Positions 7,978 through 14,481 of a stretch of 32,000 bases of DNA are shown here, piece by piece. Position 1 is the stretch's first letter. Every line of letters starts with the position of its first letter. Position numbers and translations under genes: made by a program. The notes below the pieces were generated by a model. The model did no database searches. It was not told the origin of the DNA and worked only from the letters and a program-made list of their open reading frames with translations. The stretch is from Methylorubrum extorquens (GTDB lineage: Bacteria > Pseudomonadota > Alphaproteobacteria > Rhizobiales > Beijerinckiaceae), in contig LT962688.1 in NCBI GenBank assembly GCA_900234795.1, forward strand, positions 1,860,001 through 1,892,000, read 5' to 3'.

Positions 7978-8351
7978 TGGCCGCGTCGCCCCGATCCGCT
8001 CGCGTTCTTGCGCTGGGCGGCCTGCTCGCGAGCGTCGCTGGCGCGCCGGCCATAGCCGGTCCAACTGAGGACCATCGCGTCCGGGGCTGGACCATTGCCA
8101 CGCAGCTCTGCAGCCAATGCCACGTGATCGGCCGTGCGGCACAGCCGGGCGAGTTCGTCGGTCCGGCCTTCGTCCGAGTTGCGGAGATGCCTTCCACGAC
8201 AGGGCCGGCGCTGGCCGTCTTCCTGCAGAGCCACCACGAGCAAATGCCGAGCCTGCGGCTCGACCGCGACGAGATGGAGGCGGTCATCGACTATATCCTC
8301 AGCCTCAAGACCGAGAGGACGGCTCCTGCGGGCGCGAACCAGGAGGATTGA
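7974..8351 (+). CDS. small monohaem c-type cytochrome with signal peptide, 125 aa
   Basis: ATGA overlap with the preceding gene. Contains the CSQCH motif, and HHEQMPSLRLDRDEMEAVIDYILSL parallels the C-terminal half of the 1024..1356 protein. Confidence 0.8.
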   Translation: MMAASPRSARVLALGGLLASVAGAPAIAGPTEDHRVRGWTIATQLCSQCHVIGRAAQPGEFVGPAFVRVAEMPSTTGPALAVFLQSHHEQMPSLRLDRDEMEAVIDYILSLKTERTAPAGANQED

Positions 8352-8353
8352 GG

Positions 8354-9341
8354 ATGCCGCCGCCCTATCCGGTTCTTCTCGCGGACATCGGCGGCACCTA
8401 TGCCCGCTTCGCCGTCCTCACGTCGACGGGGGGCTCGGCCGGCTCCGATCTGGAAGGTGCCGACGGCCAGCTTCCGCACCCCCCTCGATGCCCTGCAGGT
8501 CTATCTCGACGAACCGAGAACACCACGGCCGCGCTCCACCTGCCTCGCCGTCGCCGGGCGCGTCGCCGGCGGCGTCACGCGACTGACCAACGCGCCCTGG
8601 CGGTTCGACCTCGACGGGATCGGCGTCGCGCTCGGACTGGAAGCGGTGCGGCTGGTCAACGATCGCTCGCCGGGGTCCTCGGCATCCTCGAAGAGGACGA
8701 CCCAGCCGACTTGGTACGGATAGGAGCGGCGGTCGCGGGCACCGGCCCGCGGCTCGTTCTCGGCCCGGGCACGGGCCTCGGCGCAGCGGCCCTGATCCCC
8801 GCTGGCGACCACCTCCTGATACAGAACACAGAGGCCGGGCATGTCGGCTTCGGCCGCTGCGAGCGGGACGACGGTCTGCCGTGGTCCGAACTGATGCCGG
8901 CAGGGGGTAGGCTCGCGGCCGAGACCTTGCTGTCCGGTCCCGGCCTCGTAAGGCTCGCTCGGGCCGTCGCGGCGGCGCGGCATGACGGTCGCCTGGAATG
9001 CGCCGCCGGAGGTGCTCGAAGCGGCCGAGGACGATCCGGTCGCAAGCGAAGCGGTCCATCGGTTCGCGCGCCTGGTCGGCCGGTTCGTGGGCGACCTGGC
9101 GCTGGTGTTCTCGGCGACCGGCGGCACCTACCTCGCCGGCGAGACCGCCCCCGCATCGTCGAGGTCCCGCGAGACGGGGGCGCTCGGCGCCGCATTCGAG
9201 GAAGAGGACCCGTTCCGGGAGGCGATGCGGGCCGTTCCGCGCTTCGTGATCACCCGCCCGGAGCCGGCCATCGACGGCTTGGCGGTGCTCCTGCGCGACG
9301 AGAACCGGTTCCTGTACTCCGGCCAGGACTGGCGGGCTTGA
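8354..9341 (+). pseudogene. glk: glucokinase, multiply frameshifted
   Basis: MPPPYPVLLADIGGTYARFAVL is in frame 2. FRTPLDALQVYL...CLAVAGRVAGGVTRLTNAPWRF...VRLVND is in frame 0. DLVRIGAAVAGTGPRLVLGPGTGLGAAALI...NTEAGHVGF returns to frame 2. PEVLEAAEDDP...GDLALVFSATGGTYLAGE and FREAMRAVPRFVI are in frame 0, with a short excursion (PRIVEV) around 9140-9175. Confidence 0.75.
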
Positions 9342-9351
9342 GGCAGGTCAA
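9338..9351. promoter_or_regulatory. FNR/FixK-type box TTGAGGCAGGTCAA
   Basis: Perfect TTGA-N6-TCAA. Its centre is about 70 nt upstream of the ATG at 9414. It overlaps the glk remnant stop. Confidence 0.65.
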
Positions 9352-9413
9352 CGCCATCCCGCCCGGGCGGCCGCACCGTGATGCCCGCCCTCTACGGGCC
9401 GAGGGAGGCTCCC

Positions 9414-10232
9414 ATGTCCATTGTCAGCATCATGGTCGCGGTCGACGACGGGCGCCACGCATCGGCGCGGGTCCGGCTCGCCGCGGGACTCGCGCACCGC
9501 CTCGGCGCCCGCCTCATCGGTGCAGCCGCCTACATGCCCGACTACCCGCAGGGCTACGGGGAAACCGCCGTGCCGATGGGCATTGTCATTGAGGAGATCC
9601 GCCAAGCCGCCCTCGCCAGGCTCGCGGGCACCGAGCGGTCGTTCCGGAACGCCTCGTGGCTAAACGACCGCATCGAATGGCGCTCCGACCTGACCGCCCC
9701 AGTCCGGTTTCTTAAGGACCAGTCCCGAGCGGCGGACCTCGTCGTGGTCGGGCTCTGCGCGGACGACGAAGGGGTGGCGGATGGCATGGCGGTCGACGTC
9801 GGCGACGCGTTGATGGGGCTGGGCCGGCCCGTCCTCGTCGTCCCGCCTGGCGTCGAGCACCTGGAGGCCGGACGCGTCATCATCGGCTGGAAGAACACCC
9901 TGCAGACCCGCCGGGCTGTAACTGACGCCATGCCGATCCTGCGTTGCGCCGAGGCCGTCTGGGTGTTCCGGATTTCCGATGGCAAGGACCGCGCCGAGGT
10001 CGAGGATGTGGTTCGCTACTTGTCGCTGCACGATGTAAACGCGACGGCGCATCCGGCAAAGCCTTCGGGCTGGACCGTCGCCGACGAAATGCAGAAGGCG
10101 GTGCGTGACTTCGACGCCGACCTGATTGTGGCCGGCGCCTACGGCTACAGCCGCCTGCGGGAGTGGTTCTTCGGCGGGGTCACACGCGACCTGCTGGCGA
10201 AGCCTTCCGTCTGTTGCCTGATGTCGCACTGA
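9414..10232 (+). CDS. tandem-domain universal stress protein, 272 aa
   Basis: ATG follows GAGGGAGG. Begins MSIVSIMVAVDDGRHASARV and contains GAYGYSRLREWFFGGVTRDLL. The C-terminus is VCCLMSH. Confidence 0.85.
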   Translation: MSIVSIMVAVDDGRHASARVRLAAGLAHRLGARLIGAAAYMPDYPQGYGETAVPMGIVIEEIRQAALARLAGTERSFRNASWLNDRIEWRSDLTAPVRFLKDQSRAADLVVVGLCADDEGVADGMAVDVGDALMGLGRPVLVVPPGVEHLEAGRVIIGWKNTLQTRRAVTDAMPILRCAEAVWVFRISDGKDRAEVEDVVRYLSLHDVNATAHPAKPSGWTVADEMQKAVRDFDADLIVAGAYGYSRLREWFFGGVTRDLLAKPSVCCLMSH

Positions 10233-10257
10233 ACAGAGCGAGCGGTCATCTCCATCC

Positions 10258-11115
10258 TCATTGGCCTTGGCACGGCCAGGCATCGTTGGCCGACCCGGGA
10301 CGTGCTCCCGGGCCCACGACACCGGCTGAAGTTCGGATCCGTGCCAGACCGGTCCCGCATGACAAGGAAATTTCGGAGCCCGGCTCAGTCGCGGCTCGCC
10401 CTGCCAGGTGTAGGTAGCCCGCATCGAAATCGGCGTAGGCGGCGAGCCGGCTGGGCTTGGGCACCTTCACCACCCCTCTTTCCAGCCTGATCAGGCCGGC
10501 GTCCTGAAGAGCGTGCAGCACCCGGTTCACGTGGACCAAGCAGACCGCGGCGAGATCGGCGATGACGCCTTGGCGTATCCCTCCCGAGAAGGCGTCGACG
10601 GCGGCCATGCCGGTGGCCTCGGACCGGGCCAGGATTTCGCAGACGAAATGCGCGATCCGCCGCTCAGCTTCCAGACCGCCGTTCGCCAGCCACTGCTGCG
10701 CGATGCCGAGCTCGACGAGGGCCAGCCACCACAGGGCCCGCCCGATGCCGGGATGGTCCCCGATCAGGGCTTCCAGGGTACGGAACGGGACGTCGGCGAC
10801 GAGGGACGGCGAGAGCGCCCCGAGTGAGCCATGGTGCTTGGCCGGCGAAGCCGAGTGGCCGCCGCAAAGGTCGCCCGGGAAGAACAGGCCGACGATGCTG
10901 CGGGTGCCGTCGGACAGCATGTGGTAGCGGCAGGCCACCCCGCGCAGCACGAGGTGCGCGGCTTGTGGGTCCTGCTTCAAGCCGATGTCGGCACGGGCCG
11001 GCACCAGCCGTGGTCGGAGGCGCAGGGAGAGGATGGCTTGCCGCTCGCGCTCGCCCAGCGTGCCGGCCTCCTCCAGCCGCCGGACGAGCCTCGCGAGCGG
11101 TTCCCGCGTTGGCAT
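10258..11115 (-). CDS. Crp/Fnr-family transcriptional regulator, 285 aa
   Basis: cNMP-binding-like fold (LVLRGVACRYHMLSDGTRSIVGLFFPGDL) with an HTH ending in VHVNRVLHALQDAGLI and the family-typical FDAGYLHL. It is a paralogue of 29155..29919. Confidence 0.75.
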   Translation of the reverse strand: MPTREPLARLVRRLEEAGTLGERERQAILSLRLRPRLVPARADIGLKQDPQAAHLVLRGVACRYHMLSDGTRSIVGLFFPGDLCGGHSASPAKHHGSLGALSPSLVADVPFRTLEALIGDHPGIGRALWWLALVELGIAQQWLANGGLEAERRIAHFVCEILARSEATGMAAVDAFSGGIRQGVIADLAAVCLVHVNRVLHALQDAGLIRLERGVVKVPKPSRLAAYADFDAGYLHLAGRAATEPGSEISLSCGTGLARIRTSAGVVGPGARPGSANDAWPCQGQ

Positions 11116-11594
11116 CAGGGCGCCTTGATCTCAATGCGCTTGGTCTCACGAGCGGCGAGGACGGTCTTGGGCAATCTCACCGTGAGGACGCCCTTGTCCA
11201 TGCTGGCCTCGATGTCCTCGGGCCTGATACCAGCCGGCAGTTCCAGCGTGCGCATGAAGGAGCCGTAGGCCCGCTCTGTGATCTTCCGGGATCCTTCGGT
11301 TTCGTCCCTGTCCTGCCGCTTCTCGCCGCTGATGACGAGCATGTCGTCGGCGAGCTCGATCCAAATGTCCTCGCGAACGAGGCCCGGCAACTCGGCGGTG
11401 ACTTCGAAGTGTCCGTCCTTCTCGACGACATCCATGCGTGGCACGGCAGCACCCTGCAGGAGCGGCGGCAGACCGAAACGGAGATCGCCGAACATCTGGT
11501 TGGCCAGTCGCTGCAGAAGCAACATCATCGCTTGATGGTCGGACATCGGCGCCCCGACACGGTCACCGAGGGTGAGGAGCGATCTGAGGTTCAT
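11115..11594 (-). CDS. Hsp20/alpha-crystallin small heat-shock protein, 159 aa
   Basis: Contains FEVTAELPGLVREDIWIELADDMLVISGEK....YGSFMRTLELPAGI....I.ASMDKGVLTVRLPK. Its stop overlaps the Crp start (TGATG). Confidence 0.85.
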   Translation of the reverse strand: MNLRSLLTLGDRVGAPMSDHQAMMLLLQRLANQMFGDLRFGLPPLLQGAAVPRMDVVEKDGHFEVTAELPGLVREDIWIELADDMLVISGEKRQDRDETEGSRKITERAYGSFMRTLELPAGIRPEDIEASMDKGVLTVRLPKTVLAARETKRIEIKAP

Positions 11595-11665
11595 GGTCTA
11601 GTTCCGGTCAGGCGGCCCTGATCGCGCCGCCGGTGGGAGGCTGGCGCCGCCTCGACCGTTCGGCC

Positions 11666-11679
11666 TTGAGGTGGATCAA
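11666..11679. promoter_or_regulatory. FNR/FixK-type box TTGAGGTGGATCAA
   Basis: Identical to the box at 128. Its centre is about 79 nt upstream of the hsp20 ATG at 11594. Confidence 0.7.
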
Positions 11680-11966
11680 TCAATGAGCGCTGCGGCGGCG
11701 TACACGCACCAAAGGGGCCCGGACCCTGAGCGCTCCGGGACGTGGGCGGCGTTCGTTCAAACCACAAGTCAAAAATTGCAAATGGTCGCCATCGATTATT
11801 TCAATGGGCAGCAATGTCTAAAATGAATCTTCTCATGGCCAACTATTGCAAATAAATGCCACTTGAAAATCGCGCGCGCCAATCGATCTCATGGTGCGAG
11901 GTCGCAGATCCGCGTCCTTGCTGCCGGCTCACGGCGCCTCGATGCTCTTCCGAATGAGACAGAGCC

Positions 11967-12425
11967 ATGTCACGAATGCTGGACCGCTCGCGGACCATCC
12001 GCACGCGAAGGGGCCGAGCCCTGGTTTTCGCCGCCGTGCTCCTCGCCGGTACCGGCCCCGCGACCACAGCCTTTGCGGGCGATGCCGCCGCAGCGCCGGA
12101 GGTCGGGATCGTGACCGTCGAACCGAGGCCCGTGACCCTGATCAAAGAACTGCCCGGTCGGGTCACGCCCATGCGCATCGCCGAGGTGCGTCCGCGCGTC
12201 TCCGGCATCATTGTCGAGCGCGCTTTCCAGCAGGGCAGCGTAGTCAAGAAGGGCGAAGTGCTCTACCGCATCGACCCGCTGCCCTTCGAGGTCGAGCTTG
12301 AGAGCGCCAAGGCTCTGACTCCATCGCGCCGCCCGGGCCCGCCTCCGCGACCTGGCGACCGACTATGCCCGGGAGAGCGACTGATGCGACCCGGTCCGCC
12401 CTCAGCCTGCTGGCCGCTTTCGTGA
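11967..12425 (+). pseudogene. RND efflux periplasmic adaptor (MFP) 5' stub
   Basis: A signal-like N-terminus is followed by VTVEPRPVTLIKELPGRVTPMRIAEVRPRVSGIIVERAFQQGSVVKKGEVLYRIDPLPFEVELESAKA. Homology then degrades across frames (RLRDLATDYARE is seen in another frame) and is lost. No RND pump gene follows. Confidence 0.65.
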
Positions 12426-12727
12426 CCGCAGCTTCACTGTGCAACCGCACACTCCGCGATCTCCGCCGGCAGGCTCCTTCTCTCCCCCGTACCCGGTCCA
12501 CCGGGATCTCAGTCCCGAGGAGACCGTCCTCCTTGCCGAGAGCGCGCCTTCACCAAGGTCGTCATCGTCGCCGTCTGGCCCCGGACGTCCCAGGAGGACG
12601 TCGCCCGCCTCGCCATGGCCTGGGCCGCCTACACTCCCTGGCTTCCACCCGAGTTCTCCTGGTACTCATGTCGGCTCAACTCACTGCTGCGTTCAGTGTA
12701 GATGGACGGCATTGCGTGGAGCTCGCG

Positions 12728-13753
12728 TCAAATAACGGCCGGACTCTGACCTGAAGTTCGCGGATTGCACGCCGCCGTATAAGCTTTCGGCGTGCTCCCG
12801 ATTACGTCCTGGATGCGGCAGCTCGCTGGTTCGAGCAGGGCTGTGACGTGGGCCTCCACCGAGCGCGCCAGCCCCACCAAGTCGTAGCCGCCTTCCAGCA
12901 GCGAGACGATGCGCCCGTCGCACTCCCGATCGGCAATGTCTGCGAGCCGTTCTGTGGCCCACCGGTAGTCCGCTTCAGTGAGCGCGAGGTCGGACATTGG
13001 GTCGCGCCAGTGCGCGTCGAAGCCGGCGGAGATCAGGATGAGATCAGGCCGGAACGCCGCGATGCGAGGGAGTACCATCGTGCGGAGCGCCTCACCGAAC
13101 ATGGCTCCGTCCGCCCCGGCCGGAAGCGGCACGTTCACGATCGTGCCGTGCTCGCCACACTCTGACGCCGCGCCCGTGCCGGGGTAGAATGGCCATTGAT
13201 GGGTCGAGCAGAAGAGCACGGTCGGGTCGCTCCAGAAGATCTCTTGGGTGCCGTCTCCGTGGTGAGCGTCCCAATCCAGGATTGCGACGCGGCCTGCACC
13301 ATGCGCCGCCTGGGCGTGACGCGCGGCGACGGCGATGTTGTTGAAGAAGCAGAAGCCGGCGGTCCGCGCCCGGCCTGCATGGTGCCCGGGCGGCCGCATG
13401 GCCGAGAAGGCATTGCGAACGGTGCCCGTCATGACTTCGTCTACGGCCTGCACCGCAGCACCGGCACTGCGCAGCACAGCCTCCAGCGTGCCAGCCGAGA
13501 CGTGTGTGTCTTCGTCTACAGGCGCGATAATGCCGTTCTGCAGACCAGCAATCGTAGCCTCGACGTAGGTCTCCTCATGCACGCGGGTCAGCGCAGCCTC
13601 AGAGACGACCGAAGCTTGCTCGCGTACGAGACCAGCGAAGCGCTCCTGTTCCAGGCAGCGCTCGACGACCCGGATGCGGTCGGCACGCTCGGGGTGCCAT
13701 GCAGGTCCTAGGTGGGCAAGCGCCGATCCGTGTGTGAGGTGCAGGGTCGTCAC
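12728..13753 (-). CDS. histone deacetylase / acetoin-utilisation (AcuC/Aph)-family amidohydrolase, 341 aa
   Basis: Contains RPPGHHA....GFCFFNN, ILDWDAHHGDGTQ, SAGFDAH and LEGGY motifs. Confidence 0.85.
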   Translation of the reverse strand: MTTLHLTHGSALAHLGPAWHPERADRIRVVERCLEQERFAGLVREQASVVSEAALTRVHEETYVEATIAGLQNGIIAPVDEDTHVSAGTLEAVLRSAGAAVQAVDEVMTGTVRNAFSAMRPPGHHAGRARTAGFCFFNNIAVAARHAQAAHGAGRVAILDWDAHHGDGTQEIFWSDPTVLFCSTHQWPFYPGTGAASECGEHGTIVNVPLPAGADGAMFGEALRTMVLPRIAAFRPDLILISAGFDAHWRDPMSDLALTEADYRWATERLADIADRECDGRIVSLLEGGYDLVGLARSVEAHVTALLEPASCRIQDVIGSTPKAYTAACNPRTSGQSPAVI

Positions 13754-14031
13754 CTATAACCTCCCGCTTAAATCACGTTGTTCTTTCCGTACGATGGCTT
13801 TCGCTCCTCAACGCAGATTTGGAAAGGGCGTTGGGATCAGTGGCAGCATTCATTGGCCCGTCCACAGACGCGGAAGGCATTAAACAGGTGGCAAATTGAG
13901 AGTTCCACCCAAAGGTTTGAAGCTAGCGCTCTCAAGAGCTTTCCAGCACACAGCGCGAAATGAAGCCCGCTTCATTGGCGCCAGCTTTTCAGATCCTGCG
14001 CCAGATTAAGAGGCGGGTATCCGCCGCGTCG

Positions 14032-14045
14032 TTGATGTGGATCAA
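14032..14045. promoter_or_regulatory. perfect FNR consensus TTGATGTGGATCAA, with no gene at the usual distance
   Basis: Exact TTGAT-N4-ATCAA. The nearest starts are 13753 (-, about 285 nt away) and 14482 (+, about 440 nt away). Confidence 0.5.
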
Positions 14046-14173
14046 GACTGGCATTGGCGAAAGGGCCGGCGCGTGCGAGCAGGAGTGGGCTTCCCAAAGC
14101 TCGTACTCGTGAGGCGTAGAACAAGCATGCCAAAGTTACAGGCACACCGCTACGGACAGGAGAGGAGTCCAGC

Positions 14174-14370
14174 CTATACTTGAGCTTGGTCTGATTGTAA
14201 CCACAGCGTGCTCGGATGGTTCGTTCTGATGCCTTCCGCCGACACCTCAGCGAGTTCCGTCATCAAGTAGCGCGTGTGAAAGGCGCGGAAGCGTGACGCT
14301 ACAGGGGAAGGACGCTCGCCCGACCGCGTGGCCGCGGGCGTTCGGCCAGTTTCTGACCTTCTACCCAGCC
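14174..14370 (-). pseudogene. decayed paralogue of the small cytochrome c genes
   Basis: The minus strand reads SPVASRFRAFHTRYLMTELAEVSAEGIRTNHPSTLWLQSDQAQV*. Compare SPLRAAPPFRELHTRYPVEDLGEALAEGIRTGHPGMPEFRFDPDQAEAL in 1024..1356. Upstream pieces (EGQKLAER, GHAVGRAS) lie in other frames and the CxxCH motif is lost. Confidence 0.6.
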
Positions 14371-14395
14371 TGTGGACGCATTCCCGGGGAAGCTC

Positions 14396-14409
14396 TTGCG
14401 CTGAATCAA
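14396..14409. promoter_or_regulatory. FNR/FixK-type hybrid box TTGCGCTGAATCAA
   Basis: Its centre is about 80 nt upstream of the sulP ATG at 14482. On the gene strand it has the same architecture as the boxes at 4191 and 6554. Confidence 0.6.
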
Positions 14410-14481
14410 TGCGGCCGCGGTGCTCAGAAGCCCTGGTGAAAGGACTCCTCCCGCCCAACCTCGCAACCCGAAGACGAAGTC

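Noticed and set aside
8117-9592. 491-aa ORF spanning the glucokinase region
   Set aside because: It is a mosaic. It contains genuine glucokinase segments only where frame 2 is the true frame and is otherwise Arg-rich filler. It also runs through the next promoter box and into the USP gene. The glk pseudogene interpretation explains it better.
12132-12145. GTGACCCTGATCAA, a FixK-box-like 14-mer
   Set aside because: It lies inside the coding part of the RND adaptor stub, has a mismatched first half, and has no downstream gene at the right distance.
13959-13976. Hairpin AATGAAG-CCCG-CTTCATT
   Set aside because: The stem is short and AT-rich with no adjacent T-run on either strand, so it is not convincing as a terminator.
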